Below are positions 1 through 13,045 of a stretch of 64,000 bases of DNA, in pieces. The notes under the pieces are model-generated. The model was not told the origin of the DNA. It saw nothing but the letters and a program-made list of their open reading frames with translations, and did no database searches. The translations under genes were made by a program, and so were the position numbers. How positions within the stretch are numbered: position 1 is the first letter of the stretch; every line of letters begins with the position of its first letter. This stretch comes from Camelus ferus (Eukaryota). The DNA lies in the NCBI RefSeq assembly GCF_009834535.1, contig NC_045697.1, forward strand, positions 79,052,001 to 79,116,000. The letters run 5' to 3'.

Positions 1-1429
1 TATGCAAAAGAATATTTTCAGTTTGAGACTTCTAGGTTTCTATTTTGTCAAGAGGAGCAAGATGAAAGCAGAAGGAAGCAGCTGTAATTTTTCTCAGGCT
101 CTAATTCTGAAAAGGGAAGTGGATGACTGATATTTGAGAGTCTACAGTTTTAAGAAGGGCCTACATAGTACAATAATAGCAACTTTAAATAGAATCCAAA
201 ATCCAAGAGTCAGAGACCGGGAGAGTAGGAAGGGCTGGTAACATAGATTCTTGGGGAAGCAAGGAGAGACATTCTAGGACATCATTCTGAGAGACAATAA
301 AGCAGAGTGAAGCAGTGTTGGGTGTATGGGAGTCAGGATCAAGGCTCCTCTCCTAGGGGAGTGATTCCTTTGAATACCATCCTTGCTATTGGTAATTGCT
401 TTAATTGAAACTCTCTCTCATGATTTTTTGCTAGACTTTGGGTACAAGTATTTGATGAAGAATGTTTTAGTTTTAATTTGTCCTTATTATTTTACCTATT
501 AAAATAATACTTCATCAAAAACTTTATGTATTGTCAAGTCAAAAAGCCCTTCATTCAAATTGGAATGACATGATTTGCTTTTTTTTTTTTTAACTCTAAT
601 TTTCTTTCAGTGTCCACACTATTTAGAGACCATGGGGGAAATACTTATTTATATAATTAGGTCTCACCATGATCACTTTCAAATATTTAGAGCTACCAAA
701 AGAGAAAAGTCTAAAGTATGGAAATAGTGGATTTCTAGATTTCCTGCTGTAATAATAATAAATTAAGGTAAAATTGGGATGTGTTCAAATTCCCAAATGC
801 TCAATTATTTATATTCAACTTAAAGACTGTTGGCACAGAAGTACCAGTGTAGGCAAAGACTTCCCAGAACTTACTGCATTAATGATTCAGACAAAAAAAA
901 TCTTAAAGAAGCATGCTCTTTCATTCAGGAGTAATTCGCAGGGAATTTGAGTTCAGTGCAAGGTCTTACGGAGATGGTGGTGAAAGAGCAGCCCACCGTA
1001 TTCTCCTTTTTTCTCAGAGCATGTACCGACCCTCTCCACCCCGCAAGCTTTACCCCATGAGAGCTGGAGAAGGAAGGAAATAATAAGCTGTCTACCAGCT
1101 CCTGCTCTTTCAGACACCTGATGAACAATGCCACATGATTGATGACTTTAGCGCAACCTTCCAATTCCAGTACACAAGTCTGATATTCAGATTTGGGGAG
1201 GTTGGAGTGGTTGCAGGATTCTTAGGGAGTACTTTGCACATGGAGAGCAAGCAATACAGATTATGTATGCACCTCCAAACTTTCCTGACCTTTGGCAGCT
1301 CTGCTTTCACTCACTTAAGTCTAACGTGGGCCATATAGCATTTAACCTTTATTTACCATTCTGTCCATTAAGTTTGCACTACATCCATTATGGAGAGTGA
1401 GTTCCCTGATGACCAGCCATTCAGTAAGG

Positions 1430-1675
1430 CAGTACAGGGTTTAGAATCAAATTGCCTGGATTCAGACCTTGTCTCTGCTGCTCAGTAGTTGTACAACCTA
1501 GGCAAGGGGTTTAGCTGCCTTCAGCCTCTAGTTTTATTACCTCTGAAATAGAGATGATGATAATACCTACATCAGAAATATCTAATGGGGTTAAATGAGA
1601 TAATCCACATAACTGTTCTTAGCTCACAGCACCTGGTACGGAATGAGAGTTCAAAGTTGGGTACTAGCCATGTTA
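1430..1675 (+). mobile_element. MIR SINE
   Basis: MIR core-like text (ggattcagaccttgtctctgctgctcagtagttgt...ttaaatgagataat...cttagctcacagcacctgg). Confidence 0.7.
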
Positions 1676-2719
1676 TTTGTTATTCCAGGAAACGGCACTT
1701 CAAGACACGTCTGAGGCCCTGGATATTACACAGAAAGAGCTGGGGCAAAGGAGTGTCTCCCCGTGCCTCTGCCAAAAGCAACCTGAAAGTCAAACTTTTG
1801 TTTTTGAATTGTAGATGTTCAGTGGCAGTAAACAAGAAATAAAGGTCAACGGCCGTTTCCTCTGGAACCTGGCTAGTAATGTGACATCTGGAATTGACTC
1901 AACTTGTGGGTAGAAATAAACAAATCTTCTTCCCTGCAATCTTACATACCTACCTTCATTCTAACTCTCTTTTCTACCTAATCCCCACTTTCCGAAAATG
2001 TATAAAATAATTGCCTTGCATAAGCCCATGTGGCACTTTTTAGGTGTGATCATACAGCAAGGATGTGTATCATTGTGTGAATGCTAAATACTTCTACTTC
2101 CATTATAGAATTTAGTAACAGTGATAAATAAATGCCCTATATTGAAAAAATTTAAACCCCTTGATTTCAAAATTTGGCCATTTTTTCCTTTCACAGACCA
2201 CTTCTTATTCCATAGCATGTTACTATACTATTATTTATAAAGCACTCTTAGCCAATAGTTATTTGATTCAAAATCATTATGAAGGCTAGAGTTGTCTCCC
2301 CTGATTTCAATTCTACATGTTTTCCACCAGACACAATTTGTTTCAAAAAAAAAAAAAAACAGAAAGGTCAAAGGTCTCTGTCCCCATAATCACTTTGTTC
2401 GTTCATCTCATACGTGTCCTGTAAGGCCTCTCAGAGATGCAGAATGAAGGAGCGAAGAAATGAAGTCTGTCCCACAATTAGCATCCAGCTCCTGTTCACT
2501 GAGGCTACTTGGAGAATTTTTTTTTAATCCCTTGCCTCAAGCCTGAGCCTCTATTCTTTAATTTATGCTGTACACCACCTAAATTAAAGTTGCCCAAATA
2601 TCCATTTTCTAAATTATTCATTCTCTCTCTCACTATTAGTAGCCTGGTCACAGAAATATTGCGAAAATTTTAGCATAATCAAACAAACACTTTGATTTAT
2701 TCTTGATTCAAATATATAT

Positions 2720-3175
2720 ATAATTTATTGAATATCCTCTGTTTCAAGCATTTTGCTAGGTGTTCCTTATATAGTGATGAATAAAACAATTAAGAGTCTC
2801 ACCAATTATACACCCTCACAAGGCTTATCATTTAGCGGTGGAATCAGACATGAGACAAATAAACACAAAAATAAATATATAATTACAAATTATAGTGAGC
2901 AGAAAAGAAAGAAAGAAAAACAGAGAGAACATGTGATCATAACAAGGGGGCACCCAATTACGCTGAGTGGATCAGAGGAGACCTCTCTAAAACTGAGTAT
3001 GTTGTTTGAAACCTAAAGGATTCACAGAGGTTAGCTAGGCAAAGATTTGGGGGAGGTTCGAGAGGTTCTTCTAAGCAGAACACACACAAAGTCCCTGGGG
3101 CAACAAAGAACTGGCCACACTAAGAAACTGAGAAAGGCCAATATGTGGAGCTTAGTGAGCAATGGGGAGAATTCT
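2720..3175 (-). mobile_element. L2 LINE 3' fragment
   Basis: tttattgaatatcctctgtttcaagc...ctagg...atagtgatgaataaaac followed by purine-rich text typical of antisense L2. Confidence 0.65.
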
Positions 3176-5974
3176 GTCATATGGACTTCACCTCATATAA
3201 CTGTTCTGAATTCAGTTTTTTTTTAAAAAATCTGGAATGTCTACTCAAAAAGCCATATTGCTAGATAATCGTGTGATTTCAAATTCCCAGAAAAATTGTA
3301 CAAATAAGCCTGTACTCCAGCCTGTCGCCCTCCACACTCCCACACACCGCTCGCCTTAGGCCTGTCCCTGCTAAATGATGCCTACATTTTAAAAATTATT
3401 TATCAAATGATGTAAAATTAATGGAGTACAAACACAAAACAATTTTTGTTTTTCTCCTTTTAAGCATGCTCTATAAAATCCCTCTCCTATATTTTAACAT
3501 CGTAAGCAGATTTCATAGGTTGGTGGCCACATCCAGTTATTAGTGTCTAGCCTTGCCTAAACCAAAATCTAAAACTTCAGTATCAGTCCAATTCTGTGTT
3601 GGCTCCTTTCCCTCCTGGCACCTGCCAAATTTGGCCTGAGTGATTTGGGAAGGAGAAGGGCAAGTTCTGACCATTTACTCATCCTGCCCCACACCCAGGG
3701 TTCCTTTTCCTCCAGTGTGCTGGTGAGAGGTAGGGCTTCCAAGATTGGCAAGGGCTAGATCCTAAAGAATCTCCTATGTCAAACTAAAGATCTTGGCCTT
3801 TATCTTTTAAAGGAGATACAGGAAACATTAAAGGGAAATTACACAAATGGGTTTTCATTTTAGAATTATCCTTTCACCACACTTTAAAGAGTAGATTAGA
3901 GGAGACAGGCAAGGATTTGGATTACAAAGAACACTGGTCTCAGGAAACCTCTCCCACTGTTCCTCTCACAAGTTTCTTCTCACAGACTTCTCTCACAATG
4001 CCATGTAACCTTCACTGGCTTTGAAATACTCCTGCAAATCCTTCTTCTAAACTTGGGCAAGTCTGACCAATCATTTTCAGGATTTATTAAACACCACAAT
4101 GGGAATAATGGCATTTCTGCTCTATGAATCTTAGCTAAAGGGTAGCAAGATAATAAAATAGGACTCTTTGTCTTGGAGTTTCACCAGTGGCCCTGAAGTC
4201 CAAGGACAATGTCTAAATTGAGGAGCTAGACCACCAAAGCAATACGTCCAAAGGGCTGTGAAACTGATTCTCCCAACATTGCTCAATCTCCCACCTCCAT
4301 TTCAGTAAATACAGAAGCTGAGAAAGCCTACAGAGGAGAATGCCTTTAGAAATTGTTCTGGGTACTATCAAGGGGATGAGATGGGGGAGAGAAGGAGAAA
4401 GTACTTTCCTTCACCTTAATCCAGGTGAGAGGAGCTTCTGTGAACCTCTCAAAAAACTTGGCCTACAGCCTCTGAAGCCTGGGAGACCTGAAACTGGACT
4501 CTGCCTCTGCTGCAGGAAGTCTAAAGAGGCTGTGACTATTATTAGTCTGACTGTAAACAGCAGGGAGAGCGGCATTAGTCAATGCCTACACTTGCAATGA
4601 CAGTGGGCAAAGGGTTTGTCTCCTAGGACCCAGATGTGGCTCCTCAGTCAGAAAGGCAGCCTAGGGTGTGAGAGGTCAGCGTGGAGAAGCCAAAGGCCCA
4701 CAGCGGGGACACGTATTGCTGGAAGCTTAGGCTAAAGGGGGACTCAGAGGCAGCCACATACGGGAATATTGCTTGTTAAAGAGAACTGCAGTCATAGGTT
4801 CTCTAGCAGGAGGTTCTGCCAGGAAAAAAATCATCCCAAGAAATAAAAGCCAACAATTGTCTGTAATCTTTGATATAATCTTTATCTCTCTCCCCTGCCC
4901 TTAATTCTGGGTGTCCTTGTGACTCTTTTTTAACCAACAGCACGTGGCAGAAATATCATTGCAGGACTTTGGGGGCCCGGTCAGAAAAGGCAATGCAGCC
5001 CCGCTTTGCTGCCAGATACAACTATATCACTCAAATAAAACTCTTCTTACCTCTTATCATTCTTCTCCAGAGGAGTGGGAGATTATACCTGGGAGTAGAA
5101 GAGGAAGTAGAATTACAAAATCATGAAGAGGCAGAGCACGCTTCCCCCATTCCTGGTCAGGCCTAAGACGGGAGACAGGAGAACCCTAAAGTAGATAAGA
5201 ATCCTAAGTTTTGATGCTATACTTGACAGGAATTTTCATTTGCTAAAATGAGACTTTCTTGTGATTGAAGGAACCAGAAAGCTATTAGGCCTGCCAAGTA
5301 TTTCATCCAGGATAGGAAAGAGTAAATCTCAAGGCAAGTTTGAAAGGAGAGAATAGAAAATAATTTACACACTACAAACTTTGTTTGATAAAATGCCTAC
5401 ACAATCTATAATATGTTTTGAAGCAGATGTAAAACAAGAGTTATGGAGTCAGCAGAGAGCTGGAATTACACAGAAAGCAAAGGCCATCTGGTGGCTACAT
5501 CAAGGCCATCTAAAACCTCTGGCCTGCTTAGGGTTAGCATTTTTTATGAAATAAATAAATTTGCTCGTGTAATTGTTTGGACAGGTCATAAACACAGAAG
5601 AAAGCAAAACTGGGTTATACTTGCTGCTCTTTATTTTATACTCTTCTGTTAAAACTTATTGGGGTTTTTTGGGGGGTGTGGGTAATTCCTGGAAGCCCAG
5701 TGGATGTTGAGTAATATGGGATTAATTTTAAAAGCACAAAATATTCTATGTTGTGCAAAGGCACACATGACCACTAGATGAAGTGGCGTTAATAAGTCAG
5801 AGTAAGCCTCATACAGGCCCCTTTTTTCCTGAATGCAGTCTGTTTTTTGTTTCTTTCCAAAAGCAAGACAAGAAGCTTGTTTTTCTCTTGGGAAGTCTTC
5901 CACAATATGTCCTATAATTTAAATTTCCTTTAAATAGATATATGCTCTTTTTTTTAAGTATTAGAAATTCTCAT

Positions 5975-6485
5975 GTCAAGAAATATATAGTGCCCTTATC
6001 CCCTCCTCAGAATCTGGGTGAGCATGTGACCCATTTTTAACCAGCAGAGTATGGCCGAAGCGACACTGCATGATTCCCAAGGCTAGGTCAGAAAAAGCGA
6101 TACAGCTCCCACTTCGTTTGCTGAGATACTGATTTGGGGACCCCCGATGCCACACAAAAGGGATTACCCTGAGGTTACCATACTTTGAGGAAGTCCAGGC
6201 AACAAAGAGAGGCCATGTGGAAGTGTTGACATCACAACTGACAAATAACATCAACCACCAGGCAAATGAGAGAAGACACCTCCAAATGACTTCAGCCCCC
6301 AGCCCTTGAGCCACCTATAGCCACCAAGTCTTCTCAACCCAGGCCCCAGAGTATGAGCAAAGATAAGCAATTGAACTATGCCTCGTCCAAATTCCTGACC
6401 CACAGGATCTGTGAGCATAATTAAATGTCTATTTAAAGCTACTAATTTGGGGGTAACATGTTACACAGCAATAGTAAGTACAACA
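5975..6485 (+). mobile_element. MLT1-family (MaLR) solo LTR, older subfamily
   Basis: aggctaggtcagaaaaagcgatacagc; aaattcctgacccacaggatctgtgagcataa; 3' end ttaaagctactaatttgggggt...ttacacagcaatag. Confidence 0.8.
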
Positions 6486-6585
6486 ATAGAAATTTTGCAA
6501 AATATTGTCTAACCTGGCCAATTTCTAGAATTCACAAGCTCCACCAGACTGTTTATCCCCTAGGTCCAGTTTTCCTTTATGCAAC

Positions 6586-6983
6586 TGTTACAGGTTAAGT
6601 TTTGTCTCCCAAAATTTCATATGAAGTCTCAGCCCCAGTACATCAGAATGTGACCTTATTTGGAGAAAAGGTCTATACCGAGGTAATAAAGTTAAAATGA
6701 GGTTATTAGAGTGGCCCTAAACCAGTATGACTGATTATTTTTTTTTAATTGGAGACAGACACACATATAGGAAGACATCCATGTGAACATAAAGATAGCC
6801 ATCTACAAGCCAAGGAGAGAATCCTAGAGCAAATCCTTCCCTTACAGCCCTCAGAGGGAACCAACTCTGCCAACACCTCGATTTCTGGCTTCTAGCCTCC
6901 AGAACTGTGAGACAGTAAATTTCTGTTGCTTAAGCCAACAAGTTTGTGGTATTTTGTTATGACATCCCTAGAAAACAATTACA
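6586..6983 (+). mobile_element. MLT1A/B-like MaLR solo LTR with near-perfect 5-bp TSD
   Basis: TG...CA ends. Diagnostic agaatgtgaccttatttggag and ctagcctccagaactgtgagac. Flanks are gcaac and gcatc. Confidence 0.88.
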
Positions 6984-8797
6984 GCATCCAAGCTAGGACC
7001 AGTAGTCAGAAAGAATTCCCTAAGGCCAGAGACAGATATAAGATTTCATTGATTCACATAATCTGTTGTTGGAACTGTCCCAATGTGTGGGTGTCATCTC
7101 CAATAATCCCATCAAGTGGTCTGCTAACCTATTTATCCCTGTGGTGCTAAAGATCTTACTACCTCCCAAAGCAGCCATTCCAGCCTTACCCAACTCTGTT
7201 TATTTAGTAGGCCAAAATCATCATTAGGATAATACAGATTGAATTTAATCCACCTTACATAGGATGGTTCTTTACATATTCTCAGACAGCTGTCTGTGTC
7301 CCCTGAGTATACTCTTCAACAAAAGGAAATTCCCCAGGCTCATGCAGACATTCCTTATATGATATGATTCCATGTCCCTTCATGGCCATAATTATTCTCC
7401 TCTGAATTTAAGTCCATTTATACCAAAATAAGAAATAAAATTTTTATAATGAAAACTACCCAGATATACTGCAGACTGCCTTACAAGGCAGTGAGTTTAC
7501 TGTTACTGAGAGAAGAGCTTTGAAGACACTCAGTGATGTTGTAGAGAGATTACTAAATCAGAGAAGATATTGGACTGGCTGTCCTTAAGGATACCTTTTG
7601 ATTTTATGATTTTATAACACCCTAGACACCTGAGATTCTGTTTATACTCTCTCATGCCCTGAGTAATAAATGAAGTACAGAAGGGTCACACAATAAAAAC
7701 TTTGATGATAGTATACTATAGTAAAGCCTCACAAAAGAAGAAAACTGCAGAAAAAGAAATGAGGACATTCTGAACAATAAGCAACAAGCTAGTTATTTAT
7801 CATAGCATCTCACTTACCTTCCCTTTGGATAAGCTAGGTCTGTGTTTAATCCTTCTACCACGGATGCTTATGAGAACATTTTTAAGAAAGCAAGTTTATG
7901 GAATTAGATGTAATTGATTCTGTAATGATATTGAACTCAGAAAGCTCAGTGGAAGATTTCTTTCACATGGTTAGCCCTGTGGCATTTTCATACAAACCTG
8001 TCTACAGATCAATCTCTAAAATATGGTTCCTTTTCAGTAAAACATATTTGAATAAGGCTTTTATCTTTGAACAAAAAATGAAAAGGCTAAAAGGAAAAAT
8101 TTTTTGTGCCTGACCCAATGCGTAACTAGGTTGTAAATGTTTCTTCTAAGCTGTTCAGCTTCCTGTGTTCCTTAATGATGCTGCCCAGCAAGGGGGTTTG
8201 TCTACAGATGGAGAATTCCTAAGATTTGTGTGCCTGTACTAATAGAGGTAAATGAGCTTCAACTATGACACTTGCTTATACAAAAATAGCAAATACAGAA
8301 TATCATACCCTCAGGAGACCAACACTTCTGTCATGGTCCCATCTTTGCTATGGCTTCTCCAACTTACAAGCTCTTCACTCTTTGAAAATACTCCAGAGAA
8401 GACCAGGGTGGGGGTCAGGGTACAGGAGACTTTAATACCTTTGTAAGACTCCTCAAAAAGTGGCTTCACTCCTTAGCCCAAAATAAATTTAGGTTTAAGA
8501 TCAAAGATATAAACAAAACAAAACAACACAGAACATAAATCATAAAATATCAGGAAAAAAATGAGGAATTATTTTCTAATCTTGAAAATGGAATGGCCTT
8601 TACAAACATGACCCCAAACACAAAATCCATAAAGTAGACTAAATTTAACATCATAAGGTTTTAAACACTGTGAATGGCAATAAATAGACAAAACAAAACC
8701 ACTGGCAACAGGATATGGACAGACCATTCACAGAAACTAATATTAACATCAAACAAAAAATGCTTAATCTGAATTATAATTTTTAAAATGGAACTCA

Positions 8798-8894
8798 GGA
8801 GGGTGGGTAGAGTTCAATGTAGAGCCCATGCTTAGCATGCACGAGGTCCTGGGCTCAATCCCCAGTACCTCCATTTTAAAAATAAATAAGCAAA
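8798..8894 (+). mobile_element. Camelid-type short tRNA-derived SINE with 14-bp TSD
   Basis: ggagggtgggtagagttcaatgtagagcccatgcttagcatgcacgaggtcctgggctcaatccccagtacctcc plus an A-rich tail. TSD taaaatggaactca at 8784-8797 and 8895-8908. Inserted in an old L1M fragment (about 8470-9065). Confidence 0.85.
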
Positions 8895-9291
8895 TAAAAT
8901 GGAACTCAAAGTGAGGAAACTGCATGTTTTACCTATCAGATTAGCATTTATTTTTTAAGTAAAACCCAGTCTTGTCATAATGGAAGGAAATAGGCCTTTT
9001 CATACACTGTTAATGAAACAGTAAATTGTGGCAAATATTTTTGTGGGCAATTTGGCAATATCTACTTCTGATGCTTTTCATTAGTTTTGGAAAATACTGG
9101 CTATCATCTATTTGAATATTGCTTCTGTCCCATTATCAATTTTCTCTTGTTCTCATACTCCTATTATGTATATATTAGCCAAGATAATCTTGAAGAACAC
9201 AGCTGAACAACTTATACTGCCATAGATCCAAAACTATTATAAAATTATGGTAATTAAGACTGTGGTATGATGCAAATGTAGACAAACCCAC

Positions 9292-9937
9292 TATGGTAGG
9301 CAGAATTCTGAAGATGCCAACCCCCAATTCAAAATCACTACTCACCGTTATTTAGTCAAACCTAATCAAGATATTGCTGTGAAGAAACTTTGTGATATAA
9401 TTATGGTTACTAATCACCTGACTTTAAAATAGAGATATTATCCTGGATTATCCAGGTGGGCCAAGTGTAATCACATGAGCCCTCAAAAGCAAAAGAGGAA
9501 GGCAGACAATCCAGTCAGAGATGCAGCAGAAGGGCAAGTAGGAGAAATTCAAATATGAGAGAAACTTGACTTGCTGTTGCTGGAGGAGAGCCATTTGGAA
9601 AGCATGAGAAGGAATGCACAGCCTTGAGAAGCAAAAACTGAACACCCAGCTAACAGCCAACAAGGACTGGGGAACTCAGTCCTAAAACCACAAGGAACTG
9701 AATTCCACCAAAAACTTGAACGACCTCAGAAGCAAGTTCATCTCCAGAGCTTCCAGAGAAGAGCTCAGCCTTGCCAACACTTTGATTTCAGCCTTGTTAG
9801 ATTGTAAGCAGAGGACCCAGAAGAGCCACACTGTATCCAGTCTTCTGACTCACAGAGCTGTGAAATTAAAAATAGGTGTTGTATTGAGCCACTAAATTTA
9901 TGATAGTTTTCAATGACAGCACTAGAAAATTAATACA
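9292..9937 (+). mobile_element. MLT1D/E-like MaLR solo LTR
   Basis: tatggtaggcagaattct start; agatattatcctggattatccaggtgggcc; caaggaactgaattc; end gcactagaaaattaataca. Confidence 0.85.
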
Positions 9938-9959
9938 GTGACCAAGGATAAAGAGTCCA

Positions 9960-10068
9960 TGAACAAAAAGAATATGAAAATGAATATACGTATGTTCCTG
10001 TATGACTGAAGTATTGGGCTGTACACCAGAAATTGACACAACATTGTAAACTGATTATACTTCAATAA

Positions 10069-10118
<50 letters not shown>
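9960..10118 (+). mobile_element. Short lineage-specific L1 3' terminus with (TG)n(TA)n tail
   Basis: gctgtacaccagaaattgacacaacattgtaaactgattatacttcaataaa, the same terminus type as at 27598 and 48592. Microsatellite at 10070-10118. Confidence 0.8.
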
Positions 10119-10379
10119 CCCATAAACAAGCCTATACACATGGCAAAAGTGACCCTGAAGTGCAGTGGGGAAAAGGATGTTCCTTTCAACAAATAGTGCT
10201 GGGTCCATTTAATTTTCCATATTAAAAAAAAAAGTGTCTATACACAATACACAAAATAAATTTTTTTACACTATACCCAAAATAAATTCCAGATGGATGG
10301 CAGATTTGAATGTGAAGTGGTGGGAGACAGGGGGAGTAAGTTCTTAGAGAAAAACATGAAGGAATATCTTTGTAAGCTT

Positions 10380-10923
10380 CTTTCCCCCACAGCTTTTTGT
10401 GGTATGGTTGACAAATAAAAATTGTATATATTTAGGTTATACAACATGATTTTGTGAAAGGTGTACAATGTGAGGATTTAATATACATATACATTGTGAA
10501 CTGATTGCCACATCAAGCTAATTAACACATCCATTAGCTCATACAGGTGCCATTGTTTATGTGTGTGTGTCTGTGGTGAGACACAAGATCTACTCTCTTA
10601 GCAAATTTCAAGTATACAGTGTTATTAACTATAGCCACCATGCTGTACATTTGATCTCCAGAAACTATTCATCTTATAATTGAAAATCTGACCAACATCT
10701 CCCCATTTCTCCCACCCCCTAATCCCTAGCAACAACTATTCTACTCTCCGGTTCTATGAGTTCAACTTTTTTAGGTTCTACACGTTAAGTGAGATAATAC
10801 AGTATTTGTCTTTCTCTGTCTGATATATTTCATTTAGCATAATGCTCTCAAGGTCCATCCACATTGCTGCAAATGGCAGGATTTCCTTCCTTTGTGGCTG
10901 AATAATATTCTACTGTGTGTGTT

Positions 10924-10972
<49 letters not shown>

Positions 10973-11798
10973 CTCACATCTTCTTTATCCATTCATCCAA
11001 AGATGGACATAAGTGTCTTGGCTATTGTGAATAACTCTGCAATGAATACAGGAATACAGATAACCCTTCAAGATACAGTCATCCCTTGGTATCCATGGGG
11101 GATTGGTTCCAGGACCCCCTGTGGATACCAAAATCCTCAGATGCTCAAGTCCCATATATAAAATGGTATAGTATTTGTATATAACCTATGCACATCCTCC
11201 TGTAAACTTTAAATCATCTCTAGATTATTTATAATACTGAGTACAATGTAAATGCTATGTAAATAATTTTAAATACTATGTAAACATAGTACTGGCAGCA
11301 CGCAGTAAACTCAAGTTTTCCTTTTTTGAAACTTTCTGGAATTTTTTACTGAAATATTCTCTACACACAGTTGGTTGAATCCACAGATGTGGAACCTGAG
11401 AATATGGAGAGCCAAGGGCCAACTGTACTAATTTCAATTTCTTTGGGTATATACTCAGAAGTTGGGGTGCTGAATCACACAGAAGTTCTATTTGTAATAT
11501 TTTGAGGAACATCCATACTATTTTTGGTAACAGCTGTACCAATTTACATTCCTACCAACAGTGTGCAAGTTCCCTTTTCTCCACACTCTTGCTAACATTT
11601 TTCTCTTGTCCTTTTGATAATAAACATCCTAACAGAAATGAGATAATAGCTCACTGTGGTTTTAATTTGCATTTCCTCATGATTAATGATATTGAGCACA
11701 TTTTCATGTACCTGTTCAACCTTTCTGTGTCTTTTTCAGGAAAATATCTATTCAGGTTCTTTGTCCATTTTTAAGTCAAGTTATTTGTACTTTTGACT
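10380..11798 (-). mobile_element. L1MA-like 3' end, antisense, containing MER2 and a (TG)n(TA)n repeat
   Basis: Antisense L1MA 3' UTR and ORF2 end. Flanking near-repeat tttgtaagctt (10369-10379) and tttgtaaactt (11799-11809) is consistent with a TSD. Confidence 0.85.
11076..11425. mobile_element. MER2-like (Tigger/TcMar) non-autonomous DNA transposon
   Basis: CAGTC...CAACTG termini flanked by TA on both sides. Internal ggggattggttccaggacccc and ttggttgaatccacagatgtggaacc. Confidence 0.88.
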
Positions 11799-12439
11799 TT
11801 TGTAAACTTGAATAGCAAAAGATTCCTTAAACACAACTCAAAATATGTACATTATAATGAAAGTTTTTGAAAAACTGGACTACCATAAAATTAATAACTT
11901 TTTTCAATCAGCAGGCATTAGTAGGAGAGTGAAAAGACAGTCTATGGATTAGGCGAAAATATCCACAATGCATGTATCTAATAAAGGGCTAAAATCTAGC
12001 ATATAAAGAACTCCTGCATATCAATAAGAAAAAAATCAGAAAACCCAATGGAAAAATGAATAAAAGATCTGAATAGACATTTTACAAAAGAGGATATCAA
12101 AGTGGCCAATAAATTTATAAAAATGTGCTGAACTTCACTGGTTGTCAGGGAAATGCAAATAAAGTCACAATGAGATGCCACTACATATCCTCCAGAACAG
12201 CTAAAATGATAGCATAGATGTGAAGGAGCTGTATATTGCCGGTGAAAGTATGAGTTTGTATAGCTTTGGACATCATTTAGCAGTATCTACTAAAACTGAA
12301 TAGAGGCATAGTCTGTGGCTCAGCAGCGCACTCTCAGGTATAAACCCAACTGAAATGTAAATACATGTTTCCTAAAACACAAGAACTAGAATGTTCACAG
12401 CATCATGACTGGTAACAAGCCAGATTTACAAAACCTGGA

Positions 12440-13045
12440 AATTACAGGTTTCCAGTTATTGTTTCTCAGCTCTGAAACCACCAGTCTGTACTCTGTTTTA
12501 TTATGATGAAACGTGAATTCTGTGAAGCACATTTCCACTTTGTCAGATAACTACATTAGGTTCTGACAAAAGGGGCTGCTAAAGAGAGCCTGGGGAGCTG
12601 GAAGAGGGGAAAGGAACTGGATTCCTTCCTGTTTTGCTCCTTGTTTCTGTTAGCTTCACCCCAGTAATGATTCTTCACTCTGGGGTTAGCAATTGGTTAC
12701 AGGTTCCAGTTTTTCCCACACTCCCAGAACCAGCCTCCTCATCTCACTCGGAGACATCAGCACCATCAACAGCCCTCAGAGAACTCGTCTTCCAAGGTCC
12801 CGAGGTACCAGCACCAACTAAGCAGCAACCTCTCTTCAAGTGTCTAGCTGTCTGCTCTGCAGAACTACTCCTTCAGACACCCAGGCTCTAATAGTCTCAG
12901 CCTCTTCCCTTTGTCCATGAATCCTACAGGTGCTTCCTGCAATTAATATCTTTGTATTACCTTAATGTTCCCTTCTGTCTTTGCAGCTCTTCTATACTTA
13001 CTCAGCCAATTCTTTATTAAATTCTCTCTTTTAAATAATTGATAT
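12440..13045 (+). mobile_element. ERVL solo LTR (LTR41/LTR33-like)
   Basis: ttattgtttctcagctctgaaacca... start and ...ttattaaattctctcttttaaataat end resemble LTR41/LTR33. It interrupts the L1M. Confidence 0.6.

Noticed and set aside
900..1340. Unique-looking segment with three short overlapping ORFs
   Set aside because: No recognisable protein similarity or convincing splice-site pair. It could be regulatory, but I cannot support that from sequence.
4180..5340. GC-elevated region with LTR-like fragments
   Set aside because: Probably old LTR/MaLR debris (MLT1-like piece near 4900-5010), but I could not assign family or boundaries reliably.
8798..8872. Possible tRNA gene
   Set aside because: The A-rich tail, TSD and degenerate A/B boxes indicate a SINE.
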